Made by a program: the position numbers and the translations under genes | NCBI GenBank assembly: GCA_022563455.1 | Contig: JADFNI010000002.1 | Coordinates: forward strand, 1-51,790 | Direction: 5' to 3' | Source: Nanobdellota archaeon | Lineage (GTDB): Archaea > Nanobdellota > Nanobdellia > Pacearchaeales > GW2011-AR1 | Length of the DNA stretch: 51,790 nucleotides | Part shown: one piece after another, positions 1 to 8,533 of the stretch | Numbering within the stretch: the stretch's first letter is position 1 | Layout: each line of letters opens with the position of its first letter | Notes under the pieces: model-generated | What the model was told of the DNA's origin: nothing | Databases searched by the model: none | What the model saw: only the letters and a program-made list of their open reading frames with translations

Positions 1-2120
1 ATTCTGCTAATTCTAATATGGATTCACAAACTTTAGTTGTTAGTCCGATTGCGTCTTTTACTTCTCTTTCTTTTGATGTTTCTAGTCCTCAAGACTTTGG
101 GGTGGCTATAACTCCAACTTGTTCTGTTGTTAGTGGAGATGGAAGTGCTGTTTTGACTTTGGATGGGGTTGTTATTAGTTCAGGAGTTTCCTTAACTCCG
201 GGAGCTGGATCTTTATCATTCAATTGTAGTTTGAGTGCTAGTCAAAATTATAGTTCGTCTGAGAATGTTTCTGTTTATACAGTTAGTCCGATTTCATCAA
301 TTGTTAATTTGACTTTGAATTCTAGTTCTTCAGATATTACAATCTTTGCTGGAGATTCTATTAATCTAGGTTGTTCTGTTGTTGCTGGAGATTCTTTAGC
401 AGTAATTGAGATGTATCGAGAAGGATTATTAATTAATTCCGGAAATTCTCCTGTTAATAATTTAACAACATTTAGTATTGTTCAAGTTGAGAATGTTACT
501 TGTAGTTATAAGAACTCGCAAAACTATACGACCAGCTTTGAGACTTTCTTTGTTAATGTGACTCCTGTTCCGGACACTACTCCTCCTGTATTTACAACTA
601 TTCCATTGGATGCGAATATTAATTATGGGGATCTTTTGAGTGTTGACTTTGATGCTAGCGATGAGACTTTGTTTGATTCGTTTTTGATTAATTGGAGTGA
701 TACGTTTAGTATAAATTCTGCTGGGTTGTTGGTTAATGTTAGTCCATTATCTGGTGGGAGTTATTCTATTAATGTTTCGATTAATGATTCTTCTGGGAAT
801 GTTAATTGGACTATTTATTCTGTTACTGTGAATCCAATTAGTCCATCATTGAGTTTTGTTTTAACCCCTTCGAACTCTGAGGATTATGGGATTACTGTGA
901 CCTCAACTGGAAGTGGTTGTCCTTCTCAGTTAAGTTGTGTTCTTTATAGGGATAGTGTTGCGGTTACGAATGGGGAAAGTGTTTCGTTATCAGCTGGATC
1001 GTATAATTATGATTATAATACGACTGGAAATGTGAATTATACTAATGGTTTTGCTTCAGACACTCTAACTGTTAGTCCTGTTAGTCCTGTTGGAAGTTTG
1101 ACTAATTCTACTTCTTGGACTGTTGATTATGGAACCTTGATTACTGTTGGGTTAGTTGAAAGTAATACTGGGGACTTTGATGTAACTTATACTATTTATC
1201 GTGATGGTGTTAGTGTTGAAACGGGAGAAACTGTTTCGTTATCAGCCGGAACTTATAATTATATTTTGAATACAAGTGGTGGGGTTAATTATTCTGCTAA
1301 TTCTAATATGGATTCACAAACTTTAATTGTTAGTTTGATTGCGTCTTCAACTTCTCTTTCTTTTGATGTTTCTAGTCCTCAAGACTTTGGAGTGGCTATA
1401 ACTCCCTCTTGTTCTGTTTTGGTTGGTGATGGGAGTGCTGTTTTGACTTTGGATGGGTCTGTTATTAGTTCTGGGGTATCTATAACTCCTGGGGCTTCTT
1501 CAATGTCCTTTAATTGTAGTTTGGCAGCTAGTACAAATTATGGTTCGTCAGAAAGCATTTCAATTTATACAGTTAATCAGGTTTCTTCTGTTGTTAATTT
1601 GACTTTGAATTCTATTTCAGAAGATATTACAATCTTTGCTGGAGATTCGATTAATCTTGGGTGTTCTATCGTAACTGGGGATTCTTTGGCTACTGTTGAA
1701 CTTTATCGAGAAGGTAGTTTGATTGATAGTGGGGTTTCTCCTCTGAACAACTTGACTACATTTAATATTGTTCAAGTTGAGAATATTACTTGTAGTTATG
1801 TTAATTCAGCGAACTATACAACTAGTTTTGAGACTTTCTTTGTTAATGTGACTCCAGTTTCTGATACTACACCTCCGTTCTTTACAACTATTCCAGCAAC
1901 TGCTAACATTAACAAAGGAGAAATTTTAAGTGTTGACTTTGATGCAGCGGATGATGTTTTGTTTGATTCGTTTTCGATTAACTGGACTGATACATTTTCG
2001 ATTAATTCAGTTGGTTTACTTGTGAATACTAGTCCGTTATCTGGTGGGAGTTATTCGATTAATGTTTCGATTAATGATTCTTCTAGTAATATTAATTGGA
2101 CTTTGTATTTGGTTGTTGTT
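1..2120 (+). repeat. In-frame tandem duplication, period 1,290 nt (one full unit 1-1290 plus a partial unit 1291-2120)
   Basis: The string attctgctaattctaatatggattcacaaacttta occurs at nt 1 and nt 1291. Translated copies align over ~275 aa (MDSQTLVVSPIASFTSLSFDVSSPQDFGVAITP.. vs MDSQTLIVSLIASSTSLSFDVSSPQDFGVAITP..). Confidence 0.9.
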
Positions 2121-3380
2121 AATGAGATCTTTATTGAAGAGGAGATCTCAGGGTGTAGATCATTAAATGTAGCTAATACTTCTTATTACTTGATTCAGGA
2201 TATCATAGCTACTGAAGATTGTTTGATTGTTGGTGCTGAAAATATCACTATTAATTTTGGAGGATATAATATAACTGGAAACAGTTCTGGAAATGGAGTT
2301 TATAGTATCGGTCAAAATAATTTAATAATTAAAAATGGTGAAATTTATGATTTTGAAAATGGGATTAACATCGTCGGTGGAAATCAAAATCAAATAGAAA
2401 ATATGATTTTAACATCTAATCCTTATGGGGTTATTCTTTCTTCAGTTATAGATACTATTTTGATAAATAATGTAATAACAAATAGCGCTGAAAATGGGAT
2501 TAGAATTTTTGGAGGAAGTAATAACTCTTTATCTGGAAACAATTTTTCTGGAAATTCTATAGACTTTTCTTCTAGTCCTGGATCTCTTAAGATATTTAGC
2601 CTGAATGATATTAAACTGGAGATGTCCACATTGGACATTAAGATTGTATGGGATGATAGATTAAACTTTACTTCAAATAATCTTGGTGATGCAATCGAAA
2701 TTTCTCCTAATAGATTATTCGTTAATTCTTCTCTAATTCCTTCCTTAAATCGAAGTGCTAGAATTAAAATAAATAATACTGATTCATTGAATTTTGTTGA
2801 TAGAATTTCCCTAATCAATGGAGCGATTTGTCCTTCTTCAATTTGTGTAGAAGTTAGTGACGCCGATATTTATGTGTTTGATGTTGCTTATTTTTCAGAT
2901 TACATTTATAGTATTGGTGAGGGTAATATAGGTGGAGAGAGCTCTGGTGGAGGTGGAGGACCAAGTGTAAGTTCTGGAGGTCAGGCGAGTATAATAGAAA
3001 CAATAATCAATAAAAATCAAAGAGAAGAAGTATGTTTACTGTGCTCAAAATCTTTAAAAAAACATATACAACGTAGAGGAAATATTGATTATGACAGTGA
3101 GGAATTAGAAACTTTAACTCTTGAGATAAATAGAGAAATAAAAAGTCCAGTTACAATGGAAGAAATTAATTTTGTTTTGCAAAATTTTGAGGAAGAGTGT
3201 GATTCTTACCTTCCCCTTTTTGGAGGTTTAGCTATTGGAAGATCCAGGGAATTATCTACAGTAGTTGTCTTTATTTCTGCATTCTTTGTTTTATTATTTT
3301 TTATCTTCCTCTATTTTGCACTTAGAAAAATCAGAAAAATTAAATCTTCCAGATTTAAAAGAAAGGAAAAGCGAAAATAA
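1..3380 (+). CDS. Large cell-surface protein, 5'-truncated by the window edge: tandem ~430-aa Ig-like repeat unit, right-handed parallel beta-helix (NosD/CASH-like) region, Gly-rich linker, C-terminal TM anchor
   Basis: The frame is open from nt 3. The SANSN residues before the first Met equal the repeat junction at 1291, so the gene continues upstream. nt 1-830 recur at 1291-2120. Beta-helix-type motif run: NITINFGGYNITGN..NGINIVGGNQNQIENMIL..NGIRIFGGSNNSLSGNNF. The C-terminal hydrophobic stretch VVVFISAFFVLLFFIFLYFAL is followed by the basic tail RKIRKIKSSRFKRKEKRK. Confidence 0.8.
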   Translation, partial: SANSNMDSQTLVVSPIASFTSLSFDVSSPQDFGVAITPTCSVVSGDGSAVLTLDGVVISSGVSLTPGAGSLSFNCSLSASQNYSSSENVSVYTVSPISSIVNLTLNSSSSDITIFAGDSINLGCSVVAGDSLAVIEMYREGLLINSGNSPVNNLTTFSIVQVENVTCSYKNSQNYTTSFETFFVNVTPVPDTTPPVFTTIPLDANINYGDLLSVDFDASDETLFDSFLINWSDTFSINSAGLLVNVSPLSGGSYSINVSINDSSGNVNWTIYSVTVNPISPSLSFVLTPSNSEDYGITVTSTGSGCPSQLSCVLYRDSVAVTNGESVSLSAGSYNYDYNTTGNVNYTNGFASDTLTVSPVSPVGSLTNSTSWTVDYGTLITVGLVESNTGDFDVTYTIYRDGVSVETGETVSLSAGTYNYILNTSGGVNYSANSNMDSQTLIVSLIASSTSLSFDVSSPQDFGVAITPSCSVLVGDGSAVLTLDGSVISSGVSITPGASSMSFNCSLAASTNYGSSESISIYTVNQVSSVVNLTLNSISEDITIFAGDSINLGCSIVTGDSLATVELYREGSLIDSGVSPLNNLTTFNIVQVENITCSYVNSANYTTSFETFFVNVTPVSDTTPPFFTTIPATANINKGEILSVDFDAADDVLFDSFSINWTDTFSINSVGLLVNTSPLSGGSYSINVSINDSSSNINWTLYLVVVNEIFIEEEISGCRSLNVANTSYYLIQDIIATEDCLIVGAENITINFGGYNITGNSSGNGVYSIGQNNLIIKNGEIYDFENGINIVGGNQNQIENMILTSNPYGVILSSVIDTILINNVITNSAENGIRIFGGSNNSLSGNNFSGNSIDFSSSPGSLKIFSLNDIKLEMSTLDIKIVWDDRLNFTSNNLGDAIEISPNRLFVNSSLIPSLNRSARIKINNTDSLNFVDRISLINGAICPSSICVEVSDADIYVFDVAYFSDYIYSIGEGNIGGESSGGGGGPSVSSGGQASIIETIINKNQREEVCLLCSKSLKKHIQRRGNIDYDSEELETLTLEINREIKSPVTMEEINFVLQNFEEECDSYLPLFGGLAIGRSRELSTVVVFISAFFVLLFFIFLYFALRKIRKIKSSRFKRKEKRK

Positions 3381-3430
3381 TAAAATAAAGGAAAAAATTA
3401 AGGTAAGTTTTTAAACTGATCCGACTTTGG

Positions 3431-3808
3431 TTGAATACAAAAATGGTGAGTAAAAAAATAGATTTTAGCTGGTGGCCTTTTGGATTTTTTTTCGGGGTTT
3501 TTATAGTTTTTATTAATATTATGATACTTTATAATGGTGGTTTTTCTCATTCTGTATTTCATATGATTTTCCACGCCTTGATTGCTTTTCTTTGTTTTGG
3601 AATTTTATTATTTTCATTAAGATTAAATGAATCTGCAATAAAATATATTTTCGCAGGAGTTCTGATTGGAATAATTGTTGAAACTTCTTCGTTTATATTA
3701 CATCTTTTTGGAGAATACTACTTTTTGTCCTCAAATCCTCTTAAAGGGTCAATTTGGATAGTTTCTATATTATTAATTATGGAAGGTTTTAAGGAGGCTG
3801 TAAAATGA
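3431..3808 (+). CDS. Small multi-pass membrane protein, unknown function
   Basis: Four hydrophobic segments (FGFFFGVFIVFINIMILY, ALIAFLCFGILLFSL, IFAGVLIGIIVETSSFIL, IWIVSILLIMEGF). The track start is TTG, with an in-frame ATG at 3443. The stop overlaps the next start (ATGA at 3805). Confidence 0.55.
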   Translation: MNTKMVSKKIDFSWWPFGFFFGVFIVFINIMILYNGGFSHSVFHMIFHALIAFLCFGILLFSLRLNESAIKYIFAGVLIGIIVETSSFILHLFGEYYFLSSNPLKGSIWIVSILLIMEGFKEAVK

Positions 3809-4056
3809 ATTTATTAGTTCAAATTTCTATACTTTTAATAATATCACTTATAGTTTTGACAAAAAGTGCTTTAAATATGATCACTGAAAAAAGAATAGGT
3901 ATTTTTATTCCTTTTTTTGGATGGGGGATTTCTTTTTGTCTAAGTGCTGGATTAATGTTTTATGGTTTTTTTGACTTAGCCAATGAAGTGATTCTTATAA
4001 CAACTTTTATATCAGTTTTAGCGATATTTTATATTATAATGGAGGCAACTAAATGA
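3805..4056 (+). CDS. Small membrane protein, unknown function
   Basis: Three hydrophobic helices in 83 aa. ATGA start/stop overlaps with both neighbours suggest translational coupling. Confidence 0.55.
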   Translation: MNLLVQISILLIISLIVLTKSALNMITEKRIGIFIPFFGWGISFCLSAGLMFYGFFDLANEVILITTFISVLAIFYIIMEATK

Positions 4057-4547
4057 TAGATAATGAAATTATTAATGCTCTTGGATTAAGTGTCTCTTTT
4101 ATGGGGGTAATGTTGAGTATTGTTTCCATTGGAATAATCTTCTTTATATCTAGAACTTCAAAGAAAAGTAAAAAAGAACTAATCAAAATTAGTTTCTTGA
4201 TTATTTCTTGGTCGACTTTTATAATTTTAAATACTTTCTTTAACGTTGGCACAGAAAATAATGCTCTAGTTTTTTTGAAATATTCCTTTGTACATGTCTC
4301 AATTATTTTATTTGGTGTTATCATTGTTTTAGCATCATTACTTATGCTTTCACATTTATCTAAGAAATTCGAAGAGGGTTTATTGATCATTGCTTTGACT
4401 GCTGCAATCGTTTCCATATTTGAAAAAATAATTTTCCCATTTTTTTGGAATCCTCTTATCGGTTTAATAAACCAAATTATAATGATCATTCCTATATTGC
4501 TTGGTTTTTTTATGATTATATTAAATGTTATTAATGATAAAAATTAA
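4053..4547 (+). CDS. Multi-pass membrane protein, unknown function
   Basis: Five predicted hydrophobic helices. Same strand as, and overlapping, the upstream gene. The antisense ORF 4049..4489 is its shadow. Confidence 0.55.
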   Translation: MIDNEIINALGLSVSFMGVMLSIVSIGIIFFISRTSKKSKKELIKISFLIISWSTFIILNTFFNVGTENNALVFLKYSFVHVSIILFGVIIVLASLLMLSHLSKKFEEGLLIIALTAAIVSIFEKIIFPFFWNPLIGLINQIIMIIPILLGFFMIILNVINDKN

Positions 4548-4548
4548 A

Positions 4549-5139
4549 ATGGAAAACACGAATAAAAAGAAAAAACTTGAAATAGTTATAATTATAATTT
4601 TGATGATATTCCTTTTAACTGTCCCGTTAATTATCTTTAAGGAAAATAATAAGTTTGATGGTTCAATTACTTTGCGAAACCTTGAGGGTAGAGCAATTTA
4701 TGAAGTATCAGTTACACAAGTGGAAAATTTTGGATTAGAATTAGCCGTAGAAGTTCCGGAAAAATATCAAAGTGTGAAGCCTGGAGAAACACTTCGATTT
4801 CAGATTACTATAAAAAACTTGGAAAGGGCGGGAAGATATGATATACAATTAGATTATTATATTAAGAAAAATGATATAATACTCGTAAATCGAAGAGAGA
4901 TTAAGGCAATTGAAACGCAAGCATCTTTTTTAAGTTCGATTAAAATTCCGGAGAATATTCTTCCAGGAATATATAGTATTGTAGTTGAGATTGATGAAGA
5001 AAGAAAGGCTATAGCTACATTTTATATTAAAAGTTCTGAGATAAACCAGATTAAAATATACCTTGCAATTTTGATTATAGCAATATTAGTAGTTGGAGGA
5101 CTAATTTCTTTTGAACTTCATAGACTTGGAAGCAAATAA
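4549..5139 (+). CDS. Bitopic membrane protein with an extracytoplasmic Ig-like/CARDB-like beta-sandwich
   Basis: The ATG at 4549 lies 1 nt after the upstream stop, whereas the track start 4525 would overlap that gene. N-terminal TM LEIVIIIILMIFLLTVPLIIF and C-terminal TM IYLAILIIAILVVGGLISF. Paralog of 49999..50490 and 51614..51790 (shared VPEKY..V..GE..F.I, ETQASF, PG.Y). Confidence 0.6.
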   Translation: MENTNKKKKLEIVIIIILMIFLLTVPLIIFKENNKFDGSITLRNLEGRAIYEVSVTQVENFGLELAVEVPEKYQSVKPGETLRFQITIKNLERAGRYDIQLDYYIKKNDIILVNRREIKAIETQASFLSSIKIPENILPGIYSIVVEIDEERKAIATFYIKSSEINQIKIYLAILIIAILVVGGLISFELHRLGSK

Positions 5140-5179
5140 CTAAATTTAAATACTAAAAAGCATTTTCATATAAAAGAGA

Positions 5180-6094
5180 ATGAAAATTAGCACTTTACTT
5201 GCAGTTGTATTTTTCGTCATAGCCTTGCTTTCGAGTACTGGTGGTACGGCATATTATTATAAACAATCAACCTCGATAGTTAAACAACAAATTTTTGAGA
5301 ATTTAGAAACTCTTTCTCAACTGAAGTTACAAAGTATTGATTATTTCTTTGATGGACAACAGGATAAGATAAGGATAATCTCAATAAGCAGGGGATTAGA
5401 TAATTCTGATTTGTTAAATCTTGTAAATATAAATAGACAATTTTATGAATTGTTTATTTTAGATCCTGGCGGAATAATAATTGCCTCTTCGAATGAATTG
5501 CGTGTTGGATTAGACATGTCCAAGAAAGATTACTTTGTTAATGCTAAAAATACAATTTATGTTACTGATGCCTATTATTCTAAGACAACTGGAAAGAATA
5601 ATATTTTATTCTCTTTGATTAATAATGATAATAATATATTGGTTGCGAGAATAGAGTTAAATGCTTTGGATGAAATTATGTTGGATAGGGCTGGTCTTGG
5701 AGATAGTGAAGAATTCTATTTAATAAATTCTGAAAAATATATACTGACTCCACAATTATTTGAGGATAATGCTCCATTAGGTGTTGTTATTGATACACTT
5801 GGAGCGAGAAGATGTTTTGGGAATTCTCTTGGAGAAAATAATGGAATGTTAACATATAGAGATTATAGGGGGGAGAGGGTTATTGGGGTTTCTTATTATA
5901 TTGAGGAAAGGGATTGGTGTCTATTGGTAAAGATTGACGAAACAGAAGTTTTAGGTAGTCGAGAAAAGGCATTTCAAAAAACTTCACTGTCTATTATAGC
6001 AATTTTTATAACTTCAGTTACATTATTTGGATATATTATTGGATTATTTCTTGATAAACTAATTGTTCTTAGGAAAAATAAGAGGAAATTTTAA
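5180..6094 (+). CDS. Cache-like (PDC-fold) extracytoplasmic sensor domain between two TM helices, with no cytoplasmic output domain
   Basis: N-terminal TM (LLAVVFFVIALLSS). Motifs shared with the five proteins at 44554-51617: GLGDSEEFYLINSEKYILTP, YRDYRGERVIGVSYYI, DWCLLVKIDETEVL. A second TM (LSIIAIFITSVTLFGYIIGLF) leaves only 13 residues before the stop. Confidence 0.65.
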   Translation: MKISTLLAVVFFVIALLSSTGGTAYYYKQSTSIVKQQIFENLETLSQLKLQSIDYFFDGQQDKIRIISISRGLDNSDLLNLVNINRQFYELFILDPGGIIIASSNELRVGLDMSKKDYFVNAKNTIYVTDAYYSKTTGKNNILFSLINNDNNILVARIELNALDEIMLDRAGLGDSEEFYLINSEKYILTPQLFEDNAPLGVVIDTLGARRCFGNSLGENNGMLTYRDYRGERVIGVSYYIEERDWCLLVKIDETEVLGSREKAFQKTSLSIIAIFITSVTLFGYIIGLFLDKLIVLRKNKRKF

Positions 6095-6136
6095 TTTTTT
6101 AAAGTAAGATTTAAATCATTATGAAATAAGGAACTT

Positions 6137-6268
6137 TTATTCCTTATAATCCTTCTCTTCAATAATCTTATTAATTATTTCTCTATCTTGTTCATCTAGT
6201 TCTTTTCCTCTTGTTAATTTGTAAATTATTACTTTCAATTCTCCAATTTCCTGTGTTAGCTCTTCCAT
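6137..6268 (-). CDS. Unannotated 43-aa mini-ORF, member of the IIYKL..DR.II peptide family
   Basis: Hand translation: MEELTQEIGELKVIIYKLTRGKELDEQDREIINKIIEEKDYKE. GAGGTG lies ~13 nt upstream of the ATG. The motif is conserved in the ORFs at 6789..6896 and 16900..17166. Confidence 0.5.
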   Translation of the reverse strand: MEELTQEIGELKVIIYKLTRGKELDEQDREIINKIIEEKDYKE

Positions 6269-6374
6269 TTACCGTTTTTCCCACCTCATGGATATTAGAA
6301 AGAAAATCTTATATAAACTTTTGGTGACCAACTTTATTATGTGTTTGTACAGCCATCTATACTTTTGGAAAAAA

Positions 6375-6677
6375 TTACTCGAACATTCTCTTAAAAAAAT
6401 TTTTAGATTTTCCAGAAGAAATAAATTTTGCATATTGCAAGAGAAAAAATTTCATAAATCCGGCATGTGTTTCATCTAATTTTCTCATTAAAAATTGCAT
6501 TCGTGTTTTGTTATCAAGTTCTTCACGTTTTTCATTCCATAATAAGTAATCAAAGAAAATAATCTTTCCTACAAGTTCAGAGTAACTTCCTACTGCGCCA
6601 TAACCATTTGACCTTAGTTTATCTAACAATAGCTTAAATTTCTTTTTATTTAATTTTATTACAATTTGACTTGTCAT
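6375..6677 (-). CDS. Hypothetical protein with a possible N-terminal ribbon-helix-helix (CopG/Arc-like) DNA-binding motif
   Basis: QIVIKLNKKKFKLLLDKLRSNGYGAVGSYSELVGKII fits a beta-strand, helix, G-x-S-x-S-E, helix pattern. Flanked on both sides by the two mini-ORFs on the same strand. Confidence 0.45.
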   Translation of the reverse strand: MTSQIVIKLNKKKFKLLLDKLRSNGYGAVGSYSELVGKIIFFDYLLWNEKREELDNKTRMQFLMRKLDETHAGFMKFFLLQYAKFISSGKSKNFFKRMFE

Positions 6678-6788
6678 TTTATTAAAAACAAATAAAGATC
6701 TATTTGTGTCATTATTAATTGAACTAGCTTAAAATATATAATTTGTGTTGATTTTTGAAACTATTTTCAAGAATTTAGGTTTAGAATG

Positions 6789-6896
6789 TTAATAATCTTT
6801 ATTTTCAACTATTTTATCTATAAAATCTCGTTCTTTATCGTTTAAATCTTCGTCTTTTACTAATTTATAAATAATTAATTCTTTTGGATTGGACAT
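6789..6896 (-). CDS. Unannotated 35-aa mini-ORF, member of the IIYKL..DR.II peptide family
   Basis: Hand translation: MSNPKELIIYKLVKDEDLNDKERDFIDKIVENKDY. Paralogous to 6137..6268. Divergent from the wHTH gene at 7012. Confidence 0.5.
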   Translation of the reverse strand: MSNPKELIIYKLVKDEDLNDKERDFIDKIVENKDY

Positions 6897-7011
6897 ATTC
6901 TTCTTATCTTCTTAAAATTTAGTTACTTTAAAGCTAAATTTATCTTATATTTAAACATTTCGGTATAAATTCAGTGTAAACCTTTTTTATACTGAATTAG
7001 TCCTGTTTTTT

Positions 7012-7257
7012 ATGGAAAAAGACTATTATTGGGTTATTAGAGGGTCACAAAAAAAGAAAATAATTAAAGTGATGGATAAACCAAAAATTCCTACAGAAAT
7101 AAAAGAAGAGACTAATCTTAGTTTGAATAATGTTAGTGATATTTTACAGGAATTTAAGAAAAAGAAAATTGTTAAATGCTTAAATCCTGGGGAGAAAACA
7201 GGAAGATTATATACATTAACACCTAAGGGAATGAAAATTAGAGAGATGGTTGAATAG
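7012..7257 (+). CDS. Small winged-helix (ArsR-like) transcriptional regulator
   Basis: KIIKVMDKPKIPTEIKEETNLSLNNVSDILQEFKKKKIVKCLNPGEKTGRLYTLTPKG gives an HTH plus a wing (GRLY.LT..G). Paralog of 16542..16805. Confidence 0.7.
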   Translation: MEKDYYWVIRGSQKKKIIKVMDKPKIPTEIKEETNLSLNNVSDILQEFKKKKIVKCLNPGEKTGRLYTLTPKGMKIREMVE

Positions 7258-7280
7258 TGATAAAATTAGAAATTTATGAA

Positions 7281-7952
7281 TTAAATCATTTCTTCCTCCT
7301 TCAAACTAACAAACTTTCCTCCACCAATTATTATATGATCCAATATTTGTATTCCTAATAATTCTCCGGCTTTGATTAATTCTTTTGTGATTTTAATATC
7401 AAAACTACTAGGAGTTGAGTCTCCAGAAGGGTGATTATGGAGTATAATTATTGCAGCTGCATTTTCTTCTATTGCTATTTTGAAAATCTCACGAGGATGA
7501 ACGATAGATTCATTTAAGGATCCAATAAAGATGGTTTCTTGTTTGATTATTCTTCTTCTCGAATCTAGATAAACCCCTATAAAATGCTCTTTTTCTAATG
7601 AATTCATTTTAGGAATGAATATATTTGCTATATCTTTTGCACTTTTTATTTGGGGCTTTATTTCTTCTTTAAATGCAGATAATCTTTTTCCCAATTCAAA
7701 ACAAGCCATTATTTGACATGCTTTAGCATCTCCGATTCCTAATTGTTTTTTTAAAGTTGATGTTTTTAATCTAGATAAAGATTTAAGATTATATTTTGTA
7801 AAAAACTTGTTTGATAGTTCAAGAACATTTTCCTTTTTATTTCCTGTTCTTAGAATAATTGCTAGAAGTTCAGAATTTGTTAATGATCTTGCTCCATGTT
7901 TGAGGAGTTTTTCTCTTGGTCTTTCTTCAGATGGTAGTGTTTTTATGTTCAT
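7281..7952 (-). CDS. radC: RadC-family (JAMM/MPN-like, UPF0758) protein
   Basis: N-terminal ERPREKLLKHGARSLTNSELLAIILRTG and the C-terminal JAMM motif ILHNHPSGDSTPSSFDIKITKEL..LDHIIIG. Confidence 0.9.
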   Translation of the reverse strand: MNIKTLPSEERPREKLLKHGARSLTNSELLAIILRTGNKKENVLELSNKFFTKYNLKSLSRLKTSTLKKQLGIGDAKACQIMACFELGKRLSAFKEEIKPQIKSAKDIANIFIPKMNSLEKEHFIGVYLDSRRRIIKQETIFIGSLNESIVHPREIFKIAIEENAAAIIILHNHPSGDSTPSSFDIKITKELIKAGELLGIQILDHIIIGGGKFVSLKEEEMI

Positions 7953-7986
7953 AGTCTAGACAAGAAAAAGTTGTTTAAATAATTTA

Positions 7987-8529
7987 TCAGGTGAATAACT
8001 CTTCAATTTCATCTAAGTAGTTAGAGAATAATTCTTTACATTCTATTTTAAACCAAGGACTATATTTTTCAGGATTATTTTTGATATCTTCTTGTAATTC
8101 TTTTATGTTTACCCATTTAAAGTTGGAAACCTCTTCGGGATTTGGATTTAATTTAATTTCATCATTTAATTTACCAATAAGAACTGAGCATATTTCATTT
8201 TCAGAACCAACATCATTATATTTGGCTGAATATTGAAATTTGTAAAGATTTTTTAATGTACAAGAAAACCCAAATTCTTCTTCTAATCTTTTTTTTGTAA
8301 TATCTAGAAGTGGTTCCCTTAACCTTTGGTGACTACAACAAGTATTGCTCCAAAATAGTGGCCATAATCTTTTAAGATTACTTCTTTGTTGGATTAATAA
8401 CTGTTTTTGATTATTAAAAATAAATATTGAAAAAGCTCTATGTAAGATTCCATCCCCATTATGGCACTCTTCCTTTCCAATTGATCCAATAATATTATCT
8501 TGTTTATCAACAACAATTAATTCATCCAT
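7987..8529 (-). CDS. idi: Isopentenyl-diphosphate delta-isomerase, type 1 (Nudix fold)
   Basis: LHRAFSIFIFNNQKQLLIQQRSNLKRLWPLFWSNTCCSH and a downstream E-rich segment (ENEI) match the type-1 IDI signature, including the catalytic Cys in NTCCSH. Confidence 0.85.
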   Translation of the reverse strand: MDELIVVDKQDNIIGSIGKEECHNGDGILHRAFSIFIFNNQKQLLIQQRSNLKRLWPLFWSNTCCSHQRLREPLLDITKKRLEEEFGFSCTLKNLYKFQYSAKYNDVGSENEICSVLIGKLNDEIKLNPNPEEVSNFKWVNIKELQEDIKNNPEKYSPWFKIECKELFSNYLDEIEELFT

Positions 8530-8533
8530 GATT

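Noticed and set aside
4049-4489. 146-aa minus-strand ORF
   Set aside because: It completely overlaps the plus-strand membrane-protein gene 4053..4547, which is part of a translationally coupled plus-strand series. Its translation has no membrane or domain features.
6288-6479. 63-aa plus-strand ORF
   Set aside because: It overlaps the 3' end of the minus-strand gene 6375..6677 and the promoter region of the mini-ORF. It has a low-complexity basic translation and no SD.
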